Of a stretch of 64,000 nt of DNA, positions 1-11,140 are shown one piece after another; positions within the stretch are counted from its first letter, which is position 1; every line of letters begins with the position of its first letter. The stretch covers positions 11,431,187 to 11,495,186 of the forward strand of contig OZ316898.1 of the NCBI GenBank assembly GCA_973895155.1, given 5' to 3'. The translations under genes and the position numbers were made by a program. The notes beneath the pieces are model-generated. The model worked only from the letters and a program-made list of their open reading frames with translations. It was not told the origin of the DNA and did no database searches. The DNA is from Marsupella aquatica. Its lineage: Eukaryota; Plantae; Marchantiophyta.

Positions 1-599
1 TGATATACTCTACTACCATTCTGTCACTCGACATTCGACTTATGCTCATCCGCAAGCTGAATAACAGAGCCGAGCTCAAGATATATCTACAGATCAAGAA
101 TCGAGAGAGATAGACGTCAACTAGCAACCAACTCATTTTCACACTTAATCACACATAAGCGCAACATCTTCTTACCGTCCGAGCTTTATTGATTATTACC
201 AAGCGCAGGACGACGCCAAACTCCAGCACCCTGGGCGCACAACCGTGAACAACGGAAGTAGCAGCAGTCGACCACCAACAACGACTCAATCGCCACTTCT
301 CGACTCAACTTCTTGACTCAATAGCCATCCACATTCTACCTCAGCACTGCTGCGCTGCAACATCCGATCACAGAGCAATCCCTGATTCCCCGTTCCCATC
401 GATTGCCTCGAAGTTCAAGCTTCAACTCACAAAGGAGACTATCGAATGCATACCTAGTCTGTAAACTTCTTTTTACACTTAGCCTTACACTCAATAGTCA
501 ATAGAACTTAGATTTACTTTTACAATACAGATACAAACTACTGCTTAAGTTTTACACACCCTAGTATCTTTTTTTTTCGTTATAATTCTTTGATATATT

Positions 600-1440
600 T
601 CATTTTTGGCCTTAGACCATGTAATAGTAGTGGCACTCTTCCCATGATTGAAGCATGGTTTTAATGAGACCATACTACACTTTGGCCAAATAATAGACAT
701 ATCATTACAAGGGTTAGTTTTCCCCATACTTTTGAGGTTGTTTGAAATATTTTTCATTCAACCAAGGGGGAGTGTTATAAGGGACATACTCCTACTGGAA
801 AATGCAAAATCTCGCCCACCAGGTATAGCCGCTCCACCACCCAAACCTGAAATCAATTTCAACAGACAAAATGATAAGATCCGAGGCAGAGGACGTGGCA
901 TCTTCAGGGGAGAGGACAACGACCATTTATCAGAGGCAGAAACCAACAAAGGGGCAGAGGCTATGGACAATTCCATAATTTGGAATATCAATCTTCTGGA
1001 CATTTTTATCGAGGAAGAGGACAACGTGGACGAGGTAATGGATACAGAGGCAGAGGCCGTAGCAGAGGCCGTGGCCGAGGACCTAATAGTTGGACCAGAG
1101 AGAACAAAAATCTGACTAAATGTTTTAGGTGCGGCACAAAGGGTCACCTACAGAAAAATTGCCGATCTCCTGCCCACCTGGTCCAACTTTATAAACAAAG
1201 CATGGAATTACCTAGTAATGAAGCCCATGGAAACTATATGGAAACTACAGATGATATTGAGGGATATGCACCAGAAGTACATACTGCCCAATTAGGAGCT
1301 AATCCCTCTATGCTCGACGATCATCACAACTGTATTGTCGATAGCGGCACATCTCATTCCATCCTACGCCATAAAGATTATTTCCTACGTATCACTCCAT
1401 CCCACAGATCCATGATTAATCCATATCACTTGCTGGTGTA
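600..1440 (+). mobile_element. Truncated/rearranged Ty1/copia LTR-retrotransposon fragment (Bianca-like gag zinc knuckle + protease start)
   Basis: Frameshifted reading LLLENAKSRPPG...PE, RG-rich stretch, zinc knuckle CFRCGTKGHLQKNC followed by RSPAHLVQLYKQS, and protease motif CIVDSGTSHSILRHKDYF. A polypurine tract AAGGGGGAG (764-772) followed by TGTTATAA sits directly upstream of the gag piece. Left boundary approximate. Confidence 0.8.
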
Positions 1441-1863
1441 TTGAATGTCCATGATTAATCCATGTCACAGTTAACTATTTAGAGCTGGGCAAAGTAAACA
1501 AAGAATAAGCGCAACACAGGACAAGTATTGTACATGCACAGGGATCAAGACAGGACAAAAGGCAAGGTACTCCATGCCCAGCAAGCAAGGTGTACTTTCA
1601 CTTGTCCTTGTCACGGAAATCCCACTTGTCCTTGTCACGGACAGCAAGGCATACTTCAAGGCCAGGATCTGTCTTCCTGCCATGGAGAGGTGTTTACAAA
1701 AGACAGCAAACAGGAAACAGGATTTAATAACAAAAACTGGTAACAGGAAAATGGGTGGAATTTTTTTTTGAATTTTTTTTGAATTTTTTTTTGAATTTTT
1801 TTTTTGAGAAAAAAAATTTATTATTTTTGGTCGACCAGGTTTTTTTGCTAGCGCCCAAAGCTA

Positions 1864-2097
1864 CCAGTTTCCTGTCTCCGTCGCTATACCCGCCATGGAT
1901 GCCAAGATACACGCTAGTGGGCAAAGTAGGTGAGCAATCAAAGAGGGTGCATTAGGCATTAGGGGCATGATTTTGTGATCCTACGGTTCCCAAAAAGTGT
2001 TAAACAATCTAATGGCTCTATATCATTCCTGCCCAAAACTGTTTTTGTAAAAGTAGGAAGGACCAAAAAGGGCTGCATTAGATATTATAGTTGTAGA
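1864..2097 (-). mobile_element. Non-autonomous mini-Helitron (234 bp)
   Basis: Minus-strand 5' end A|TCTACAACTATAATATCTAATGCAGCCCTTTT closely matches the 5' end of the large Helitron at 10514 (A|TCTAACACTATAATATCTGATGCCGCCCTTTT). 3' end is a degenerate hairpin CCATGGC...GCGACGG, then 10 nt, then CTGG|T. Inserted between A and T. Confidence 0.7.
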
Positions 2098-2369
2098 TTA
2101 TGATACTCCTGCATGTGACAGGGTTAGTTACATTTTTTGTCTTTTGTCTCCAGCATTCTATTCTTTTTTGTGTGAAAAGTGCATGCAACAGGGTTAGTTG
2201 CATTTTTTGTCTCCACCATTTGGTTCCTTTTTGTGTGAAAAGATTTCCTGTATACTTTTGGTTCACGCTATATTTAATTTGCTTTTGGTTTTTTCCTTTC
2301 TTTTTATTGATTACTTCTTTTCTTGGCACTGTATTTTTGAATGACGATGACACTGTATTTTTGAATGAG

Positions 2370-2451
2370 GACCACTACATAAAAAGGCGCAACCTTGTAT
2401 TATAGGAGTTGACCACTACATAAAAAGGCGCAACCTTGTATTATAGGAGTT
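2370..2451. repeat. Perfect 41-bp tandem duplication
   Basis: GACCACTACATAAAAAGGCGCAACCTTGTATTATAGGAGTT at 2370-2410 and 2411-2451. Confidence 0.95.
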
Positions 2452-2690
2452 AATGCTGGCCCTTCCCAGATGGCCAAGATGGTTGCATCGTCAACTAGCT
2501 CTTGGGGTTCAAACGTTGTAGGCAAACCTTGCTTCAAACACCGTGACAAAGGCCTCCCTCTCCCCTTGGTTTATTCCTACTGGCAGGCTTGTGGCTTATG
2601 CACCACTTGCACAACCTTTGAACCTGTGGGCACATGGTTTGCATAATATACAATGTACTAGCCCCATGCCCATGCGTTGCACGAAAGACT

Positions 2691-2951
2691 TTGAGTGAGG
2701 GCAAGATTTTGAGTGAAAGCAAGATTTCGAGTGAGGGCAAGATGTCGAGGTGAGGGCAATATTTGGAGGTGAGGGCAATATTTCAAGTGAGGGCAAGATG
2801 TCAACGTGAGGGCAAGATTTGGAGATGAGGGCAAGATTTCAAGTGAAGGCAAGATGTTGAGGTGAGGGCAAGATTTGGAGATGAGGGCAAGATGTCGAAG
2901 TGAGAGCAAGATGTCGAGATGAGAGCAAGATGTGGAGGTGAGGGTAAGATT
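2691..2951. repeat. Subterminal minisatellite of Helitron H1, ~14 copies of an 18-19-bp unit
   Basis: Repeated units of the type GAGGTGAGGGCAAGATTT / GAGTGAGGGCAAGATGT directly inside the 3' hairpin; no spacers. Confidence 0.9.
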
Positions 2952-3048
2952 TTGAGGCAAGGCAAACATGGTTGTGCATTGCAAACTTATAATTCAGGCA
3001 AAAAGTCAAAGAGATTAATACAAAAGTGATACAATCTTATTCATGTGT

Positions 3049-6000
3049 TCAATAAAGAACCTCATCATATACAACATTTTTTGTCAACTTTGCTTGACCC
3101 TCCTCGGAATATGAAAGTAAAACCTTGATAGTTGTAGGTGATGTTGCCCTTGAGAATGTTACATACAACTGTCCATGACTAAATACAGGCTTTGAAAGCT
3201 GCAGCCCTACATGTTCTAAAGTCTGACCTTGAGCCTTGTTTATGGTCATTGCATATGCCACTCAAACGGGAAATTGGACCCTACGTAATAAAAAAGGGAG
3301 TGACTCGTCAGACATCAACGGAATCCGTGGGATAAATGTAAGGGCCCCTGCATGTTTTCCTATGAGAACACGTGCCTCAATGACACGACGATTCATTGCT
3401 CTCACAATTAGCCGAGTACCATTGCACAACCCCAAAGAGTGATCTATATTCCTAAGTAAAATGATAGGGCATCCAACCTTCAGTACCAACTTATGAGGTG
3501 GCAGACCACTCGGCGTGAGTGTATTCAAGAACTTCGTAAGGTAGAAATTCTCCCCTTCAAGCTGATCTGGACGATCTATGCTAAAAAACTCACTTGATTC
3601 CCCGGGAAGTCCTTCTAAGATAGAGTCATTAATTTTTTAGTGCCTCATCATTTGTCGGCGCCAGGATAGTTCTCTCACTTAAGAACCTATCGTCCACATT
3701 AGCAAGAGTTGGGTATATTGCCTGAATCAATGATTCCACTCGTCCCCCATCCACCACCATAGACTCAGGGCAAGTAATAAGATTATTTGAAGGCCCTCCT
3801 TTTGGGAGTTTATCATCGCCCAATTGTAGTAGCCAGTGCTCCGCAAATGTAACATTACCAAATTCAGGAGAGGCATTAGTTCCTCTTGCCCGTTTATTGT
3901 CAGTTAGCTTCAAAGTCCGTATACTACGCCACACATAAGACTTCTTCAAACACGACCCCACAATCTCCGGACGACTTGCCCTTGCCTTCACTGGAAGCAC
4001 TTGTCAAAAATCACCTGCAAATACAACTACAACCCCTCCAAAGATTTGGTCGTTATTTGGTATGTCGCGTAAAGTTCTATCCAACGCCTCCACTCCATGC
4101 CGATGGATCATGGATGCTTCATCCCACAAAATAAAAGTTTCCCTCCGCAATAATCCAGCAAGGTCAGATTGTTTTTGGATGCCGCATGTCGATGTCGAGA
4201 TTGGTTTCAATGGTAGCTTGAATCTTGAGTGTGTGGTGCGACCTCCATCTAACAAAAGACTTGCAATACCCGAGGAAGCTATGGCCAATGCAATGTCCCC
4301 ATCTGCATGGACTCTTCGAAGTAGAACATTCTCCACAAATGTTTTGCCCGTCCCCTCGGTCCATCAATAAAGAATGTCGCTCCATCTCGAGCCCTCACCG
4401 TTGCAAGTATTGTAGTGTACGTTGCCCTTTGACCCTCGTTCAACAATGGCTCATGCTCTGCAAGTTGTTGTAGAAGTACATCCATCGGGTAACGTGTCTC
4501 CTCTCTTATCAACCGGTTTCTATTTTCTTCCTCTTTGAAAAACTCCATACCTGGTTCTGGAAGACCAAACTCTAGCAATATTTTACCCACACTTTTCAAA
4601 GCCTCATCCATCAAATGTAGAGCAAAGCTCTGTTGCTGCTGCTCTATAGAATCTAAGAAGCCCATTGATTGCAAACGATACCTACAATCATCACTCAAAT
4701 TGGATGCATGTTGTGTCCACAGGTCGCACGGCTTGGCAACACCTCCAAACAACAATATTGTGATAAATAGTTGTCGAGTGCACCAGTGTGCATGCTTGCT
4801 GCTTCTTGAAGGCATCTATACCACTCCTCATCGTTCTCATACAAACCCCGGGCAAGAGCGGCGGCCTGAAAGGTTGGGTATACATTGCCCTCAAATGTGC
4901 GAAAGTCGATGAATGATGTTGCACCTTTGATGTGAAGAAGAAGCGCCCTCAAGTAGTACCGTTCACCCGCGGCTGGTGGCACAAAATACATCCTACTAAT
5001 GCTAAACCCTCTTCTTCGTGGGTTCCATGCACGGGAGGATGCATCCCACACAAACTCATTGGGGAAATTGCTATAGAAAAGTTGTCTCGCACGTTCATGT
5101 ACTATGTTAGCTCTGAACCACCCTGTGAGGGTTGTGTCCCTATGAGATTCTGGTTGGACCACATCATTGATCTCAGAATCCTCATTGAACATTACCGATT
5201 GTTCCCCCTCACAATGCACTTGCAACCTTTGCACTGAAGTAGTACTCTCAGACATTTCAAACTGATTGATGCGCCATACTCCTTCAGCAGGAGACACATA
5301 TCTAGCATCTAAATGTTCCTTTACTTCGTCTCGTTGCTCAACCTCCACCGTTGCTTTATCGTGCCCTTTATAACAATACTTATATAAATACTTGATTGCT
5401 TTAATCGAAGAACATCTCCACATTGATATGAGCATTAAATCTCATGCTCAAATATGGACTATGAGGAACAATCCACCTATTGTCAAACTTAAATGTGCTT
5501 CGATCGTTTGAGAAACTACGGCCATCATCCCGATGTCGATACAAAGGAAACCCATCATCTCCAAAAACTATTTTGGATGAAAATGATCGCGGATAGCCCT
5601 TGCTACACTATCCGTCGACCATGCAAGGTGAGTTTGGATACCCGCGACCGCATGGACCATGGACCATGGACTTCATGAATAATAGTCTGATATAATTGGG
5701 GATGTACTTGTGCGTCCGGTATCTTTGCCGAAACCAATTCGTCAACCAACTCCAGGGTGCGCAACTTGTGTCGTTCCACCAATATTATCAGTATGTGGGC
5801 GTGCGGCAAACCCCTCTTCTGAAATTTGATGACATACATAGAAGAAATAGGTGTACCTAATATCCCTGCCTGAATGTCCGCCAATAGGGCCTTCAACTTA
5901 AGTTTGAATACTCTTGCAACAATGTCATCGCGGTTGGCCGGGGTCTGGTAGGGGTAGCACTCCGCTCTAATTTCAGGCCATTCAGGATTGCACGTAAAAG

Positions 6001-8358
6001 TTATGAAAAGGTCTGGAGGCCCATATGTTTGAACAACTGCCATGGCATCCTGATAGGCCTACATCATATGTCGTGCACTGCCTCCATAGGTTGATGGTAG
6101 AATATAGGTCCTACCCACATCACTTGCTCGTGCGTCCTCATTTTGAACTGCATCTTGTAGCCCTTGATACAACTCGGTCCTTAGCTTCTTCTGATTATTC
6201 CGAATGTAGGTGAGTCGTGTTTGATCAATACATGCGTAAGCATCCACAATGTATTGCTTGAGCAATCATCCTCCACAAAGCAACCAATCATCTCCCCACC
6301 TTGCATGTAACCTATACGCATAGTACTGAAGTTCGGTCACCTTCTTAGAACCATTTCGTCCACCCCTCGCTCCTGCTTCAACAGCCATAATAATTCCATC
6401 TTGGAATTCATGGCCTGCCAATGGGATGTCATAAGACCACCCATCCTGTCCATGAGGAAAAAGCAAAACATAATGAAGGGGAGCATACGACCGATGCCAC
6501 TCAGAAATCCTTTGTAGGCCACCATTCCTCTTCCTTAGGATTATGTCCCTACCACGTGTTTCAATATCTTCCTCTCCCACCATAATCACGCCAATTTCAT
6601 GTGTGGTGGGCTTATTATATAGCGCCTAGGGTCAGTATCTCGCTCTGCTATAATACGTAGTGATACCTCTGCCACCTCAGTGCCATCAATGCGGCTCCCC
6701 GCATTTTTTAAGAGCCCCACATATGGATTGTACGTATGTAGCAATATGTCTTGCAGAGAAGCTAACACAGCATGATCCAATTGTGGCATCCTATTCATCC
6801 TACAACCCAAGAAAAAACCATGAGACACAACTTATTGGAAACATATATACTTAGAATATTAAAGGAAAACGCTTTCAAGAATGCTGCACATATTACTTAT
6901 TTACCTATTTCCCAACTCATTTTTTGTATCATGAATATATAGCTGAGCAAATTTTGGTCCTTCTCCATCAGGCGGCAAGAGGCTACCGGCACAATGATAT
7001 AATGCTCCTTGGATACGAAAGGAATATGGGCCTTGATTACCACCCCTTTCATCAAGTTTAACACCTAGAGACGTAAATGCCAATGCATTATTGTAGCCTC
7101 AAATATTCTTCCGGAATGCTGTAGCTGCGGCATTGGTACCAATCAACAAACTCTGTAGAGGTTCAGGGGGATCACCAAGTTTAGACAATACCACCTTCCC
7201 TCCGGCGCAGCACATGGTAAAGAACGGGTTGCGTTGCGTCCCTGACTTTCACTCTTTGATCCAATGAAGCGCTTTGCATTGTGGGCACTCAATGTTCATG
7301 CGTCCCAAAAGATGTCGACCCATTGAAGGGTCCAACGGCTGTCTTGCCTTCGGTAACCGTTGGATTTGTTCCAATCTTTGGCGCTCCTGTAAAATAGCAC
7401 GTGGATTGGGTTGAGCCGGAGTATCCGGCGCAAGATTTGTGCCTCCCATTTCCTCTTGGAGCATATGCTCAATTTCCTCTTCTCCATCTTCATTTGACAA
7501 ATCCAAGGTGCCCTCAACAAACGTGTCGAATTGATCACCCCCATCATTGAGGATCAAATTTGGCCCCTCGTGAAGAGCACCATGAATGAGCCAATCTTCA
7601 TCAAAGACGTTAGGGTCGGACCGTTCATTGTTTGGTATGGATTCACAAGGTGGGGGCTGAGCCATAAAGGCAACCCCATCTTGTAAAGCGCCATCAATGA
7701 GCCAATCCTCTTCAAAGACGTCAAGTTGTTGTGACCCATTGTTGGTTATGGGCTCGCACGGTGGGCCAATGGCAAAATCCTGGGGAGGCTGGTCAACCCC
7801 ACATGCGTCCAAGGCACCATTGATGAGCCAACCTTCATCAAACATGGGAGAGTCGGATAATCCATTCACAGGATCTTGGCTAGTACCAATAGCAATGGAT
7901 CTGGCCAATGCCTGTTGAGCAGCCCTTGCTTCATGGCGAAGCTGCCTTCCACTATTTGCGCATGCAGATGTCAAAGTTGGTCCCCAAGTTGGTCCTGTAC
8001 TTGCCCCCTCAAAGGAGGCCAATGATGTTGCTGGTGCTTGCCGCAGTGCCCTTGCTTCGTGCCGTAGTTGTCGACCACTAACTGTGCGGGCAGACGCCAC
8101 ATTTGGTGCAGCACTTGTGGCACTTGGTTCTGGTACCAAAAGTATTGGACTTGGTGGAATACTTGTTACCGTGACCAAAGGTCCCACAGTTGGTGTGGAA
8201 GTTAGTTGTGGCACAGTACAAACTTCAACCCTTTCTTGTAGCCGTCGCTCAGCATATCGTTGGCGACACCTTGCATTTGTGACTGCCCTATTCTGGGCAT
8301 GCCACTCCCGATCAGCTTCCAGTATCTCGCGTGGGGTCCTCATGGTCCAGGTTCTCAC
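3049..8358 (-). pseudogene. Helitron RepHel (HUH Rep + PIF1-like SF1B helicase) pseudogene
   Basis: Ordered fragments: Zn motif CPQCKALHW...CC, MAFTSLG, FAQLYIHD, PDLFITFTCNPEW, HUH FQKRGLPHAHILI, Y2 KYLYKYCYKG, frameshifted Walker [48 protein letters not shown]. Many stops and frameshifts; one clear GT-AG intron at 6800-6904. Confidence 0.95.
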
Positions 8359-9469
8359 TTAAACGCCTTCATTGTTTGCATCCAACCCACAAAACCTATG
8401 AGAATTTTGTATGCACCCAAAATCAAGCTAACATACCCCTAACTATGTTGAACGCCGGTTGAGCCACACCTTTGCAAGAGACCTGAGACATGTGAGGAGA
8501 CCCAAAATCTATGAAAGATATTGCCTACCGCAGTCCCTCATCTCGCCCTCCCAACCTTTTTGGCGATCATCCTGCTTCCAAGACGTCTCTTGCCCCTATG
8601 GTATCCACTTAGCAAGCATTGGCTGATGCAAGCACCACAAAATGATCATAGTCAAATGTCTTTGTCCCATTTTGCCCCAGGATCACGCAAAAAAGAAAGG
8701 CCAAAATCCAGGGGCTCCCCAAAATTTCTGATGACGGCCAAATCCCATGGTGATCGCCCCCGGATCACCCAAAAAAGAAGGGCCAAAAATAGTTGGGGTC
8801 ACCCAAAAATATGAGAGGGGCTCCACAAAATTTTGCCGGCCACCCCATGCGGATCCCTAAAAAAATCTGCCCCAAAAATTTCCGACATAGCCACAACCCA
8901 TTTTTGTGGTTCTCACCTCTCCCCTTGAATGGCCATCACCAATGGGATGTGCTTTGGCCATTTCCATGTTCAGCCGGTTCCCATACTGCCCCCGGGGCCG
9001 GGGTGTGGTCGTTTTCCATTTGCTGCTAGTCTCCCATATGTTCCCGTGGTCTGACCGTTTTCCATTAATTGTGTGTCCGTTTTTGCTCACCTCCGATAGT
9101 TCAGGTCCCCTTATATATGTATCTGGGGTCCTGCCACCCCAGGTTCACCTCTAGCGGCATATTTTTGGCCTCCAACCCAAAAATACTCATGCAAGAACGA
9201 CTCACACGCGAGGTCCTGACGACAAATGCTATGCCCACAGAGGGCGTCTAACTCATGCGCAAGAATGGAGGGCGTGCGCCAGTAGTTACTAACCCTGACA
9301 GTCCAGGCTCGGGTATGATGGTGACAACGTCAAGAGCGTCAGATCCTGAGAGGCAAGAGGGTGTCGACTGTCAAGGTGCAACAGTAGTCTGGTGTCACCC
9401 CGGTGTCATGCCAAAAGCCGTCACGAGGCAAGCGAGAGGGACGGCGAGGCATCCCAAGGGAGGAGGGGC

Positions 9470-10260
9470 TCAGCCGGTGGCAAAGGGGGTTGAGGCAGGT
9501 GGCAAAGGGGGTTGAGGCAGGTGGCAAAAGGGGGAGTTTAGGGAGGGCCAGATATCCCGACTACAGGGGGGCGACCAAATGGGGAAGCGGAAGCCGGGAG
9601 CTCCAATTTGTACTCGCCTTGATGGGCGAGTGCATAGGGGTCCGTGGGAGGCAGCGCGCCCAAGGGAAGGGAGTGAGCAAGGAAGGGAGGGAGCATGCAT
9701 GGGGAGGGAGAGAGCGCGCATGGGGAGGGAGGGAGCGAGGCCCAAGGCAGCACGCACATGGGGAGGGGAAGGGCCACAGCAAGGCTCCAGAGTAGGAGCG
9801 CAGGCGCATGGGGAGGGGAAGGGGAGCAGGCTAGTGGGCAGTCTGCGAGGGGGAGCCAGAGCGCAGGCGCACGGGGAGGGCTCCACGGAAAGCGGAAGGG
9901 GCAGGGAGCGCAGGCTCGTACTTGCCCAGTGGCCAGTGACTGGAGATAGCATCGGGAGAGGGAGCGCATGGGGATGCGGCTTGCCGGCTCTCTCTCGCCA
10001 TGTGGGAGGGGAGTGCGCCTTTCGCCCATGGGTTTCGTCCATGCCATGCCATTGTGGTCGTGGATCAAGGAAGGAGGATTCAAACGGCCGTGGCGTCAGG
10101 AGCGCATCTGACCAAAGCGCCTGGAGTAAAATGCCGCAAGCAATGCTGACATGTCTAAGATGTGGTCGGCTAGGGCAGGAGGATTCAAACGGTTGTGGGG
10201 TCGTTTGAGTAAAACGCCTGGAGTAAAATGCCGCAAGTGATGCTGATGTGTCCAAGCTCG
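9470..10260. repeat. G/purine-rich low-complexity and short tandem repeats in the H1 5' region
   Basis: GGCAAAGGGGGTTGAGGCAGGT twice plus a partial copy; repeated (C)GCATGGGGAGGG motifs; duplicated GGAGGATTCAAACGG...CGCCTGGAGTAAAATGCCGCAAG block (~10073 and ~10178). Confidence 0.75.
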
Positions 10261-11110
10261 TATGTCGCGAGGGGGGCAGAAGTGTATTTTGAAACAACAG
10301 AGCACAAAACGCCTAGAGTAAACGGCGAGAGAGCGGCATGGCAAGCAAGGGGCCTCACAACACCCTTGCACGCCTGGACACAATCCTATTCACGATTGAA
10401 TGGCTCATAAAAACAGTCAAAGAATCTAACCGTCATGGAGCACTCCCACCCACTGCTGATTTCGTAAACGAACGAAGTTTAGAAAAGGGCGGCATCAGAT
10501 ATTATAGTGTTAGATGCTCTTTTGTTGTCTGCATTGAGTCTAGGGAAGTAGTTGACCAAGAGAACATTTGGGTCGACCAAGCTCTGTCAGATCGCCAATT
10601 TATACCTCATAAAGTAAAATTTAATGGTGAACATAGGTCTGAAGGATTCATAGGGTCCCAAAGTCTGGGAGTATTGTACACTGTATTTTGCAAGATCATA
10701 TGCTCACAAAAAAATTGGAGGCATTTTAAAATTGGAGGCATTTTAAAACGGGTGGATTTCCGGCCCCCACCACAAAGCTGAACTGAACAGCCAACAAGGT
10801 GTATTCCTGTTACTTTCTGACTAGTTTGTGTACTAGAACATTTTGGGACAGTTTGTGATCACAAGGTGTTTTTCCTGTTACTTTCTAGTTTGTACTAGAA
10901 CATTAATCACTTTGGGCCTGCTTGTGGTAGTCATTCCCTTAAGGCTTACCAATGCTCCTATTGTGAACCATTACATGTAACTATACTAACTACGGTCTAT
11001 GTCTCCGTGCATACATACGTTGGTCTACCTTTACACGCATGCAATAATGGTAGCGCCAATACATTACATCTTACTAGTAAAGCGCGATCTCCAACCTACT
11101 GTTCATGGCC

Positions 11111-11140
11111 TACGGTCTAGAGTGAAGCCTCTAGACCGTA
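11111..11140. other. Perfect 12-bp stem-loop near the H2 5' end
   Basis: TACGGTCTAGAG-TGAAGC-CTCTAGACCGTA. Confidence 0.85.

Larger units (their letters stand above)
2658..10514 (-). mobile_element. Full-length Helitron H1 (autonomous type, decayed), ~7.86 kb
   Basis: 5' A|TCTAACACTATAATA at 10514; canonical 3' end CGTGCAACGCATG hairpin + GGCATGGGG + CTAG|T ending at 2658; internal Rep/helicase remnants. Confidence 0.9.

Noticed and set aside
648-1147. 155-aa and 129-aa ORFs as independent genes
   Set aside because: Alternative frames or antisense of the frameshifted gag.
1480-1495. TAGAGCTGGGCA resembling a hAT TIR
   Set aside because: No matching inverted end or TSD found.
2691-2951. Regular short repeats resembling a CRISPR array
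   Set aside because: No unique spacers, eukaryotic context, no cas genes; it is a Helitron subterminal minisatellite.
9255-10383. Many long overlapping ORFs (up to 275 aa)
   Set aside because: By-product of stop-poor GC-rich repeats; no domain motifs; open on both strands.
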